Shown in pieces: positions 30,396-39,994 of a DNA stretch of 64,000 bases. The notes beneath the pieces were generated by a model. The model was not told the DNA's origin. It made no database searches and saw nothing but the letters and a program-made list of their open reading frames with translations. Positions within the stretch are counted from its first letter, which is position 1. The number at the start of each line of letters is the position of its first letter. Source of the stretch: Candidatus Hodarchaeota archaeon (GTDB lineage Archaea; Asgardarchaeota; Lokiarchaeia; Sigyniarchaeales; SOKP01); assembly GCA_048887225.1 (NCBI GenBank), contig JBHLJY010000002.1:1-64000 (forward strand), given 5' to 3'. The translations under genes were made by a program, and so were the position numbers.

Positions 30396-30785
30396 ATGGA
30401 AAAAGAAATGGCACGGAAAAAAAAGAACAGCCAATCAGTTGTTAATACAATGGATATATCGCGTAAGAAAGTAAAAGAATTTGATATAGATACCAATATT
30501 AAAGTTGCTTATAAGACTGGGAAAGTTATTTATGGTAAAAAGCAGGTACTAAAAGAACTAAGGCAAAATCCATTTAAAATGTTAATAATTGCCAATAACT
30601 GTCCTAAAGAATTAGAAAATCAATTATTTTGCTATAATTCATTTATGAAAAACAAACTATTCATTTATAAATATAAAGGTTCTAGTTGGGAACTGGGATT
30701 AGCTTGTGCTAAACCCTATATGATTTCAGTAATGGGTATAATTGATCCTGGAGATTCTGATTTATTAAGTTTAAGATCAAATTAA
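30396..30785 (+). CDS. rpl30e: 50S ribosomal protein L30e
   Basis: KTGKVIYG, IANNCP, ELGLACAKP, DPGDSDLL. Confidence 0.95.
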   Translation: MEKEMARKKKNSQSVVNTMDISRKKVKEFDIDTNIKVAYKTGKVIYGKKQVLKELRQNPFKMLIIANNCPKELENQLFCYNSFMKNKLFIYKYKGSSWELGLACAKPYMISVMGIIDPGDSDLLSLRSN

Positions 30786-30813
30786 AAGTACTGTCTAGAT
30801 GGAAATTTAAAAA

Positions 30814-31293
30814 ATGTTAAAGAAAAATATTAAGATTGACAGATCTTCGATGGAACTCATTTCACTTTTTAATAATATCTCTGGTGCCATAATTAAAGAT
30901 TGTTTGGTGTTTAAATCTCCTGAAAATTACGGGGAAATTATAATTTTCTTAGTAAAAAAGCAAGATGTTGGAAAAGCAATTGGAAAAAATGGCGAACACG
31001 TTAAAGATTTGATGAGTAAACTGCAAAAGAAGATTGATGTAATTCCATTTTCTGAGGATCTTGAAGAGTTCATCCAATATATCTTAAATACGACAAAGAA
31101 TTCAATAAAAGTTCAAAATATTGAACTAAAAGAGAGTAAAAACCAAAAGAAAACGGTTATTATCACGGTTCGACCTCAAGATCGCGGAAAAGCTATTGGA
31201 AAGGATGGATCAATGATTAAAAAAATTAAGGAATTAGTTCTCAGGCATTTTGATGTTGACAATGTAATAATCAATACAAAAAATGCTTATTGA
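30814..31293 (+). CDS. nusA: Archaeal NusA (two KH domains)
   Basis: GKAIGKNG and GKAIGKDG; operon position. Confidence 0.92.
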   Translation: MLKKNIKIDRSSMELISLFNNISGAIIKDCLVFKSPENYGEIIIFLVKKQDVGKAIGKNGEHVKDLMSKLQKKIDVIPFSEDLEEFIQYILNTTKNSIKVQNIELKESKNQKKTVIITVRPQDRGKAIGKDGSMIKKIKELVLRHFDVDNVIINTKNAY

Positions 31294-31404
31294 GAAACTG
31301 AATAAAAATCTTATTCTCAAACTAGTTCGAAAATTTTAAGTTTAAGAAAATATATCTCTTATTATTGTAATTATTTTATTACTTGACAATTTAGGTGTTT
31401 TCGA

Positions 31405-31839
31405 ATCGGCAAACCTAAAGGATTGTATGCTGCTCGGCAGTTAAAGAAAACTCGTAAGAAATTTAGATGGTCTAAAACGAAATATAAAAGGAAGAAGCTC
31501 AAATTAAAACAAAAAGCAGATCCACTTGAAGGAGCCCCTCAAGCTTTAGGTATAGTTTTACAGAAGGTCGGAAGAGAAAGTAAACAACCTAATTCTGCAA
31601 TAAGGAAATGCGTACGAGTGCAGTTGAAAAAAAATGGCAAAGCTATAACTGCATTTTTACCTGGTGATGGAGCTTTAAACTTTATAGAGGAACATGACCA
31701 AGTTATTGTCGAAGGGATTGGTGGTGCGAAGGGCAGGGCTGTTGGAGATTTGCCAGGAGTAAGATGGAAAGTTGTTAAAGTTAATGGAGTGAGTTTGGAC
31801 GCTCTATTAACTGGTAGGAAAGAAAAACCATTAAGGTAA
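31405..31839 (+). CDS. rps12: 30S ribosomal protein S12/S23 (uS12); probable ATC start at 31405
   Basis: [22 protein letters not shown]; conserved GKPKGL continues upstream of the track's TTG to ATC. Confidence 0.95.
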   Translation: MGKPKGLYAARQLKKTRKKFRWSKTKYKRKKLKLKQKADPLEGAPQALGIVLQKVGRESKQPNSAIRKCVRVQLKKNGKAITAFLPGDGALNFIEEHDQVIVEGIGGAKGRAVGDLPGVRWKVVKVNGVSLDALLTGRKEKPLR

Positions 31840-31843
31840 AATT

Positions 31844-32461
31844 ATGAGTAAAAGTAAAACTGAAATAAAATTATTTAATCTCTGGTCCTTTAATGATATA
31901 GAAGTTAAAGATGATACTTTAATTAACTATATTAATTTAAGACCTATTATTATACCACATTCATCTGGAAAACACGAGCATAAAAGGTTTTGGAAGTCCC
32001 AAAAAGTCTCCATTGTTGAACGATTTATTAATAGATTACTTTCTCCAGGATTTATTGCTGGAAAAATAAAAGGTCATAAGAGCTCTTACAATTCAGGAAA
32101 AAAAAGTAAAATCATTAAAAGCGTTAAGACCGCATTTATATTAATAGAACATATTACTGGACAAAATCCAATCCAGGTGTTAGTAGACGCTTTAATCAAT
32201 ACATCTCCAAGAGAAGAAACTACTAGAATTGCGATGGGCGGAATTTCCTATGCATCAGCTGTAGATATTGCTCCTCAACGAAGAGTCGATTTAGCCATTA
32301 AATATTTAACTCAAGCAATTGCTGCTAGAAGTAGTGGAAGTTTAAAAAATTTTAAGGAAAATATATCACAAGAACTTATTATGGCGGCAAGAAACTCTCA
32401 AGAATCAAGAGCGGTAAAAAGAAAAGATGAAATTGAAAGAATTGCCGTATCTGCACGATAA
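31844..32461 (+). CDS. rps7: 30S ribosomal protein S7
   Basis: IKLFNLWS, NPIQVLVDA, PREETTRI, KDEIERIAVSAR. Confidence 0.97.
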   Translation: MSKSKTEIKLFNLWSFNDIEVKDDTLINYINLRPIIIPHSSGKHEHKRFWKSQKVSIVERFINRLLSPGFIAGKIKGHKSSYNSGKKSKIIKSVKTAFILIEHITGQNPIQVLVDALINTSPREETTRIAMGGISYASAVDIAPQRRVDLAIKYLTQAIAARSSGSLKNFKENISQELIMAARNSQESRAVKRKDEIERIAVSAR

Positions 32462-32598
32462 ATTTTTTTAAAGTTTTTATCATCCCCCTCTTTCTGAATT
32501 TTAATATCACCCATATATTATCAGAATTTGTTTATATTTATATACTTGTTAACCTTATTATTTATCATAAAGATTTAAGTAATTCTAATAACAGAGAG

Positions 32599-34581
32599 AT
32601 GAGTGCCGACAAAAATAACAAAAATAACAAAAATTTTGAAAAAATATTAAAAACATTAGGTCAACGGATTAGAATAGATATTTTAAAGAAGTTAAAAAAA
32701 AATGAATCTTTATTAACTTTTTCTACGCTTCAAAAAGAAATTTTAGAAACGAATCAAAATTCTGTCAATTTTTCTTACCATTTGAAAGCATTGGAAAAAG
32801 TTGGTTTAATTTCATCTTCTGATAAAGGATATTTTATTACTTTACTTGGTAAGAAGATCTTAAAAATAATTTTATCAATGAAACAGTTTATAGATGATCA
32901 AAACAAGGTTAAAATGATTAGGACCTCAAAATATTCTAAAGAAGTTTTTGATTTTAAAACGATTATAAATTATTTGATTAAAGAAGGCGAATTAGATCAA
33001 AATTTAGCTAAAGACATTGCCAATGAAGTTAAAGAACGCCTTTCTAAGACAAAAATCGAATATATGACAGCGCCTTTAATGCGTGAATATATAAACGCAA
33101 TACTTTTAGAAAAAGGCTTAGAACATGTGAGGCATAGATTAACGCGATTAGGGACTCCTCCATATGAAGCATTAAAATTATTTAAAAATAAAGAAATCTC
33201 TCCAGAAAGATTCATCCAAATATCAGGTTCAGATGTTTCGGAGCAATTTTTATTATTAAATCTGTTGCCTAATCACTTGGCTGATCTCTATTTATCAGGA
33301 GAAATAGCTTTATGTAATCTTAACTATTGGAGTTTAAGACCATTAAGCATATACCTCAATACAAAGAGTCTCATATCTCGTTTATTTAATAAATTTTCAA
33401 TAAAATTAAAAAATTCAAGAGATTATATTAAATTAATTTTAAACTTCGGTGAATTGGTATCTGCCTTTAAACCATATATTTCTGAAGATCTACTCTTGGG
33501 CAGTTTTAATAAACATTTTCTCTCTCTATTTCGTAATAAAAAGCATGCAAATTTCTTGATTAATATTTTGACCTCAAAATTTTTAAAATATAGTAATAGT
33601 TATGGAGATGGACGATCACACATATCATTGGAATTTTGTTATAAAAACAAAAAAGGTTTAAAAGATAAAAATTTACCTAATTTTCAAACTGATAAAATTT
33701 TCATTAAAAATATTGAGAACGAAACAAATTTAGATAGTTTTCAGATAATTCCATTGATTTTATTTGATTATACACAATCAGGGATAGAAGATTTCATTTT
33801 AAGTGAAATTAATCCAACTGTAACAAAAAATAATATTACATTTTATAACGCTAACAAATCACATTTACTTAATTCAACTGTTATTAGAATTAAAAATTCT
33901 GACGAAAATGAATTTTTAAAGGTAAGAATTATTTTAGACAAGGTTTTGATTAATTTACATTTAATTTCATTAGAGGCAAATCAAAATGACGATTCTTTTT
34001 GTGATATATTACAAGATAGATTAAATTCCGTATTTGAATTTTTTAAATATAAAGAATACTTGATTAAAAAGAAATTGAATTCGTTAAAAAAATGGGAAAT
34101 GTTAATATCTCATTTTTTAGGGGCAGATTTTAGAAATTGGAGTAAAAATTCGTTAAAGTCAGTTAGTTTCCTTGGATTAAATGAAGCTATTACAAATCAT
34201 TGTGGTATTGAGCTCGATAGAATAGAAACAAGTCAATCTTTTGCCTTAAAAATTTTATCTCTTTTGAACGAACAAATTAAAGAAAAAAACGAAAATGAAA
34301 ATGAATGCTATATTTTAAGCCAGCCTCATAGTGATAAATATTTCGAAAGAAATAATAGAATAAAGGAATTAAATAAGAGAAGAAATTTTTATTCACCCAG
34401 AATAATAAGAAAACATTCAAAATTATCTTTAGAGAAAAAAATTTCAATTTTCAAAAAATTTGAGAAAATAATTGAAGGGGGAATTATATTCAATAATTCA
34501 GTTAATTCTGATAATGCATTATTTAAAAAGAATTTAAAAATTTTAACACAATCTAAGATAAATGCATTTTTAATTGATTAA
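32599..34581 (+). CDS. Winged-HTH + ATP-cone + degenerate class III ribonucleotide reductase (NrdD)-like protein
   Basis: RIDILKKL..FSYHLKALEKVGLI; IRTSK..FD..TAPLMREYINAILLEKG; SVSFLGLNEA; no C-terminal Zn ribbon or RxxGY loop. Confidence 0.7.
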   Translation: MSADKNNKNNKNFEKILKTLGQRIRIDILKKLKKNESLLTFSTLQKEILETNQNSVNFSYHLKALEKVGLISSSDKGYFITLLGKKILKIILSMKQFIDDQNKVKMIRTSKYSKEVFDFKTIINYLIKEGELDQNLAKDIANEVKERLSKTKIEYMTAPLMREYINAILLEKGLEHVRHRLTRLGTPPYEALKLFKNKEISPERFIQISGSDVSEQFLLLNLLPNHLADLYLSGEIALCNLNYWSLRPLSIYLNTKSLISRLFNKFSIKLKNSRDYIKLILNFGELVSAFKPYISEDLLLGSFNKHFLSLFRNKKHANFLINILTSKFLKYSNSYGDGRSHISLEFCYKNKKGLKDKNLPNFQTDKIFIKNIENETNLDSFQIIPLILFDYTQSGIEDFILSEINPTVTKNNITFYNANKSHLLNSTVIRIKNSDENEFLKVRIILDKVLINLHLISLEANQNDDSFCDILQDRLNSVFEFFKYKEYLIKKKLNSLKKWEMLISHFLGADFRNWSKNSLKSVSFLGLNEAITNHCGIELDRIETSQSFALKILSLLNEQIKEKNENENECYILSQPHSDKYFERNNRIKELNKRRNFYSPRIIRKHSKLSLEKKISIFKKFEKIIEGGIIFNNSVNSDNALFKKNLKILTQSKINAFLID

Positions 34582-35495
34582 TCAGCAAGTAATTCTGTTA
34601 AAATTGCCTTTCTCATTTTCAAACCGTAAAAAGTCTGTTTGAAGTATATTGCCTTTCTTGAATTATCTACATCCGCAGAAATTTCTGTAATTCTCGGGAG
34701 AGGATGCATAAGAATAAATGTATTCTTGGTATTTTTAAGATCTTCTTGTTTAAAAATATAGACATTTTTAACTTTTTCGTATTCTTCCACATCAACAAAT
34801 CTTTCTCTTTGAATTCGCGTCATATAAAGCACATCAAATATATCTAACAAACTCTTATATTGAACTACTTCTTTAAATTTGAGTTGCCGCTGAATTAAAA
34901 ATTCTTTTTCTTGGGCCCTTATTGTTAATTCCTTCGGACTTATAAAATAAATGTTTACATCGAAATTTGACAATAAAATCGATAGAGAATGTACTGTTCT
35001 CCCGTATTTTAAATCTCCCATTATACCAATATTTAATCCATCCAAGGTTCCACATTCTTCTTTAATAGTCAATAAATCCAATAACGCTTGAGAGGGGTGT
35101 TCACCGCTACCTGAACCTGCGTTAATAATAGGAATTTTAGCAAATCTAGAGGCTAATTTAGCTGCCCCTTCCATTGAATGTCTTATAACTATACAATCGC
35201 AATAATTTTCCACGGTCCTTATAGTGTCAGCAAGGCTTTCACCTTTTTTAATTGAAGATACTTCTCCTGATTGAAAACCAATTACATTTCCTCCTAATCT
35301 ATACATAGCAGATTCAAAACTAAGCCGAGTACGAGTAGATGGCTCGAAAAACAATGTGGCAAGTATTTTTCCTTTGAGAATATTCGAATTTGTAGCATTA
35401 ATCATTTCTTTACCTTTTTTCAAGATATATTCAATATCTTCTCTATTAAATTGTTTAGCACTTATTATACCTTCGCTAAATTTCTCTTTAAACAT
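34578..35495 (-). CDS. pyrB: Aspartate carbamoyltransferase catalytic subunit
   Basis: FFEPSTRTRLSFE, EHPSQALLD, GDLKYGRTVHS, MHPLPR. Confidence 0.98.
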   Translation of the reverse strand: MFKEKFSEGIISAKQFNREDIEYILKKGKEMINATNSNILKGKILATLFFEPSTRTRLSFESAMYRLGGNVIGFQSGEVSSIKKGESLADTIRTVENYCDCIVIRHSMEGAAKLASRFAKIPIINAGSGSGEHPSQALLDLLTIKEECGTLDGLNIGIMGDLKYGRTVHSLSILLSNFDVNIYFISPKELTIRAQEKEFLIQRQLKFKEVVQYKSLLDIFDVLYMTRIQRERFVDVEEYEKVKNVYIFKQEDLKNTKNTFILMHPLPRITEISADVDNSRKAIYFKQTFYGLKMRKAILTELLAD

Positions 35496-35794
35496 ATATA
35501 CTCTTTTCCAAAGGTTTTTATTTAAATTATGTAAAAATTGCTTAAATTATTTGTTATTAATCTTTTTATTTTTCATAGTTGACCATGTTTTAATATATAT
35601 TGGATAGCCTCTTTTTACGATTTTCTATTTTCTCGCATGAGTGTTGCGATTATTCTAATGATCGGTGCTTTTTTGGGATATTTAACACTCAAAAGTAGAG
35701 AAGCGCAAAATACGTTTACAGAATGCGAAATAAATAAAATTTAAAATTTATGATTTATTAACTAATTCATTATTTTAATTTCGGTATGTAAAAA

Positions 35795-36076
35795 TTGAAG
35801 TACCCAAGATCTGTGAATAGATATTGTCCTTACTGTCGAAAACATGTAAAGCACAATGTGAGTATCTATAAAAAAGGGAAAGAAAGTATGTTAGCCCATG
35901 GAAAGAGGAGATTTGAAAAAAAGAAGAAAGGTTATGGTTCTTTTCCTAAAGAAATTTTTCATCGAAATGCAAAGATAAACAAAAAGACAACACCAATACT
36001 TGAATGCAGTGAATGTGGTAAGAAGCAATATGCTAAGTCCTACCGTGTTAAAAGACTTGAATTACAAGAAGTTTAA
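35795..36076 (+). CDS. rpl44e: 50S ribosomal protein L44e (TTG start)
   Basis: YCPYCRKH, KKGYGSFPK, LECSECGK. Confidence 0.95.
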   Translation: MKYPRSVNRYCPYCRKHVKHNVSIYKKGKESMLAHGKRRFEKKKKGYGSFPKEIFHRNAKINKKTTPILECSECGKKQYAKSYRVKRLELQEV

Positions 36077-36101
36077 TTAAAAGTTTGGGAGCAAAGTCGT
36101 T

Positions 36102-36308
36102 ATGGGAAGGAAAAAAAAACCAAAAGAACTAATTCCACAACCTAAGAGCCGATTTTTAAGAGTTAAGTGCTTGAATTGTGGAAATATCCAAATAATTTTC
36201 GGCTGTTCAGCTACAGACGTTGAATGCTTAGTCTGTGGAAAAACACTGCTCCAATCTACTGGTGGCAAGGCTCGAATTCTTACAAAGATATTAGAGGTCC
36301 TTTCCTAA
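36102..36308 (+). CDS. rps27e: 30S ribosomal protein S27e
   Basis: [25 protein letters not shown]. Confidence 0.96.
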   Translation: MGRKKKPKELIPQPKSRFLRVKCLNCGNIQIIFGCSATDVECLVCGKTLLQSTGGKARILTKILEVLS

Positions 36309-36335
36309 AAACTAGCCCTTTTTTTTCGTTTTTAT

Positions 36336-36653
36336 TCATTCAAGATCTTTTTTCAGTTCATACAATTTTTGATAATAATCAAAGTTCAATTTATTCATAT
36401 CTTGGATAATATCAGCTTTTAGTACTTTTTCACCACTTGTAATTATAATTAAATTCCCAATTACATTGATTAAATCATTTTCTTTAAAATTATATTCTAC
36501 ATCTTCAATATTCGCTTTGATTTGACCAGTTTTATCGTCTAAAACTATATATTGGTCATCAATAATATTTTTAATGTAACCAGTAATTTGGATTCGAACA
36601 TCATCGTTTTTTACATCTCTTATTATTCTCTGTTTCGCATATTGACTTTCCAT
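36336..36653 (-). CDS. Small OB-fold protein, RPA14/Rpa3-like
   Basis: VLDDKTG, VIG, ADIIQD plus C-terminal helix, as in Thermococcales RPA14. Confidence 0.75.
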   Translation of the reverse strand: MESQYAKQRIIRDVKNDDVRIQITGYIKNIIDDQYIVLDDKTGQIKANIEDVEYNFKENDLINVIGNLIIITSGEKVLKADIIQDMNKLNFDYYQKLYELKKDLE

Positions 36654-36821
36654 TTAATATAACGTCCTTAAAATGTTATAAAAGATATGTTTTTTAGAAT
36701 TTTAGACGAATATAAATAATTAATTCAATAAGTAAAAATTTGCTATTTGTTCGAGAAATAAAATTAGGTATTATTAAATCAATAATATTAAATTTAATAA
36801 AGAAAGGCAATAAAACATTAT

Positions 36822-36881
36822 TAATATATTGTATTAATATAAAGCAATCAGTAATATATTGTATTAATATAAAGCAATCAG
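36822..36881. repeat. Perfect 30-bp tandem duplication upstream of PCNA
   Basis: taatatattgtattaatataaagcaatcag x2. Confidence 0.95.
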
Positions 36882-36907
36882 TTTTTAAATAAAAGAGCTA
36901 ATGATAT

Positions 36908-37711
36908 ATGAGTTTTACTTTAAAATTAGAAAATAGTCGCATTTTGAAAGGCATAGTAGAGACTCTTGCCAGTATTATTGATGAAACTGAGTTTAGAGTA
37001 ACGCCTAAAGAATTCACAATTTCGGCAATGGATCCAAGTCGAATTTGTTTGTTAAAACTATCTATCAAAAAAGGAGATTTTGATGAGTATAAATGTAGTA
37101 AAGATTCTAAAGTAGGATTAAATTTAGATGATTTGGATAAGATTTTGAAAAGAAGCGCTGCTAATGATTCAGTGGAAATTGATTTTAACGACAAAGACCA
37201 AAAGATCAGAATTAAAATGCAAAGAGAGGGGACTACACGCATTCGAACGTTTAGCTTGGCACAATTAGATATCGATATGGAAGAGATTCCAATGGATAAT
37301 TTATTAAATATTGAATATCCCTCAAAATGGGTAATAGATCCAGATTTTTTAGTTGAGGCGATAAAAGACGCTGAAATATATTCTGAAATTTTAAATATGA
37401 AATCAATTGAAGATCAAGGATTAATTTTTAGTTCATCTGGACAAATAGGAGAGATGAATTATGAGCTTGAACTTGATGAACTGATTGAATCGGATATTAA
37501 TGGCACTAGTAATGGTGCTTATTCTCTAACTTTCTTAAAAGCTATATTAAAAATAGCTTCAATCACGGAAAAATTAGAGATTTCGTTAAAGACAGATCAT
37601 CCATTAAAAATGATATTTAATTTACTTGAGGGTGGCGAATTATTTTATTTTCTTGCGCCACGTGTCGAAGAAGCTGAATTCGACGAAGATGAGGATATGG
37701 ATGAATTTTAA
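36908..37711 (+). CDS. pcn: PCNA sliding clamp
   Basis: AMDPSRICLL, YSLTFLK, YFLAPRVEE. Confidence 0.97.
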   Translation: MSFTLKLENSRILKGIVETLASIIDETEFRVTPKEFTISAMDPSRICLLKLSIKKGDFDEYKCSKDSKVGLNLDDLDKILKRSAANDSVEIDFNDKDQKIRIKMQREGTTRIRTFSLAQLDIDMEEIPMDNLLNIEYPSKWVIDPDFLVEAIKDAEIYSEILNMKSIEDQGLIFSSSGQIGEMNYELELDELIESDINGTSNGAYSLTFLKAILKIASITEKLEISLKTDHPLKMIFNLLEGGELFYFLAPRVEEAEFDEDEDMDEF

Positions 37712-37785
37712 TTAATTTTAGCTCAACTTTTTTTAGTTGTCAATTTGAAAAATAGATGTAAAAAATTAGTTTTTTTTAATAATGA

Positions 37786-38589
37786 CTAAAGTCCTGCTTC
37801 TTTAATAGCTTCATTTACTTCATAGTCCTTATTTACAATTAAATATAAGGCTCTTACTGCTTTGGTTGGATCTTCAGCCTGGAAAACATTTCTCCCATAA
37901 GCTACACCTGCTCCTCCTACTTCTATTGATTGCTTGGTTATTTCCAAAATCCCTTTAATCCCTGTTTTTTCTCCCCCTGCTATTATTACTGGAGCCATAC
38001 ATCCCTCAATTACTTCTTTAAAAGAATCAGGATCACCGGTCCAGTTTGTTTTTACAATGTCGGCTCCTAATTCAGCGGCAACTCTGGCAGCAATCTTAAC
38101 CGCCTCAACATCATACTCATCTTCTATATTTTCTCCTCTCGGATACATCATAGCTAATAGTGGCATACCATACTCTCTACATTCTCTAGAAACTTTTCCT
38201 AATGTTTCAAGCATTTCTGGATCTGATTTTGTCCCAATATTTATATGAATTGATACCCCATCAGCACCTAATTTAACCGCTTCTAAAACAGTATTTACTA
38301 AAACTTTATAATTTGATTCAGGGCTTAATGAAGTTGAGCCTGACAGATGTAAAATCAATCCTATATCCGGTCCATAACCTCTGTGGGCATATAAAGGGAT
38401 TCCAATATGTCCTAAAACGGCATTTGCTCCCCCTAAAGCGATTTTATTTACCATTTCTCCTAAATTTTTCTCAATGCCTTTTATAGGTCCTGCAGTTAAT
38501 CCATGATCCATAGGAACGATTATAGTTTTATGATTTTCTCTGTTCACGATTCTTTCCATTCTAATCTTTTTACCAATATATCCTGACAT
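37786..38589 (-). CDS. aroA': 2-amino-3,7-dideoxy-D-threo-hept-6-ulosonate synthase / DhnA-type class I aldolase
   Basis: GKKIRMERI, VPMDHG, MPLLAMMYPRG, ELGADIVKT, GRNVFQ. Confidence 0.85.
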   Translation of the reverse strand: MSGYIGKKIRMERIVNRENHKTIIVPMDHGLTAGPIKGIEKNLGEMVNKIALGGANAVLGHIGIPLYAHRGYGPDIGLILHLSGSTSLSPESNYKVLVNTVLEAVKLGADGVSIHINIGTKSDPEMLETLGKVSRECREYGMPLLAMMYPRGENIEDEYDVEAVKIAARVAAELGADIVKTNWTGDPDSFKEVIEGCMAPVIIAGGEKTGIKGILEITKQSIEVGGAGVAYGRNVFQAEDPTKAVRALYLIVNKDYEVNEAIKEAGL

Positions 38590-38803
38590 TTTTCCATCCA
38601 ACCTTAATTTTTGACAATTATTCAAATATAACTTTAATTTAAAAGATGGTTCACGGTTTTTTTAATTCTCTTCTACATTAAATCTTGAACTATATGATAT
38701 TGATGTGTAAATAATAATTATTAATAAATCAATGTGCTCTATGTTTATTAAAATATTAGTTTATCAAATATATTATATCAATAATAATAGAGAATTTAAC
38801 ACC

Positions 38804-39994
38804 TTGAGTAATACAATTGAATTAATTTATCATTATCCTTGGCTTCCGTCCTTAAATGAATTTTTTTCCGATATTGCTAATAAACCACCTTCAGAGTTTA
38901 TTTCGATGATTTTCTCTGAAACTCTTAGTGAAGACATTCAAGAAAGAATAATACATATTTTTAAAGCTGCTTTTGATAATTTGGAAAATATATCCTATTA
39001 TAAGCCCGATAAAGTTAATATATACGTGTATTTAATCCTGAAAATCTTGTTATTTATTTTAGATAACAAAATTATCACAAATAAAATCGCTAACTTATAT
39101 TCAAAAATGAACTATAACAATCTAATTCAAGAGAATGATTACAACATTTTTTCTATCTGTGAAGATTTAAAATTTGACCTCCGTTTTAATATGGAACCAA
39201 TGGAGTATGGTGTAAATATATATAAGGACCAAAAAGAGATACTTAAAACTAATTTTCGAATTCATTATACAGATTATTTAAAGCTAGCTTCTAGATTGCG
39301 CGACGAATATCGTAAATTAGTAAATAATGCTCTATCCAAAGGATATGTTTTTATTCAAAAGGGAAGGTTGATTCGTCTTATCCAAGAATACATTCGCGAT
39401 AAAATTGAAGTGGAAGAAAATAAAGCTTCATTAAAATTCTTTAAAAAGGATTTTTTGAATATACCAGAATTTAAAGAATTATATGAAAATATTTTAAACC
39501 AATGGGAACTTAAGAGAGAAGAATTTGAGTATTATTTTGAAATTGGTTTTAAAGATGGATCTGATTTTTCAAATTCTTTTCCCCCATGTATAAATGAAAT
39601 CCTTTCAAAGGCCAAAGAAGGTCAAAATTTGATTCATATAGAAAGGTTATTTTTAGTATTTTTTTTACATGCTCTTAACTACCCTGTTGATAAAATTATT
39701 GATATATTTATATCTATGCCGGATTTTAATAGAGAAAAGACAACTTATCAAGTTAATTTTGCTAAAAAAAAAGGGTATACTCCACATAAATGTACCACTC
39801 TAAAATCATTAAATTTATGTATGGCCGCTAAATACAAAGATGATATCTGTTTAAATGGATATTATTCAACAAAAGCGGATGCTCAAAAAAAGATTAGACA
39901 CCCACTATTTTATATACAATTAAAGCAATTTCGAGCTTCTAAAATAGAGAATTTTGCGAAAAATCAATTAAAAAAAGAAAATGAGCTCAAATAA
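38804..39994 (+). CDS. priL: DNA primase large subunit (start uncertain, 38732-38804)
   Basis: YPWL, FPPCI, HIERLFL, YTPHKCTTLKSLNLC Fe-S cysteines. Confidence 0.92.
   Translation: MSNTIELIYHYPWLPSLNEFFSDIANKPPSEFISMIFSETLSEDIQERIIHIFKAAFDNLENISYYKPDKVNIYVYLILKILLFILDNKIITNKIANLYSKMNYNNLIQENDYNIFSICEDLKFDLRFNMEPMEYGVNIYKDQKEILKTNFRIHYTDYLKLASRLRDEYRKLVNNALSKGYVFIQKGRLIRLIQEYIRDKIEVEENKASLKFFKKDFLNIPEFKELYENILNQWELKREEFEYYFEIGFKDGSDFSNSFPPCINEILSKAKEGQNLIHIERLFLVFFLHALNYPVDKIIDIFISMPDFNREKTTYQVNFAKKKGYTPHKCTTLKSLNLCMAAKYKDDICLNGYYSTKADAQKKIRHPLFYIQLKQFRASKIENFAKNQLKKENELK

Noticed and set aside
31395-31410. 10-nt micro-intron joining GTG to GGC in rps12
   Set aside because: No 4-bp central helix or bulges at the required positions; an ATC start is simpler.
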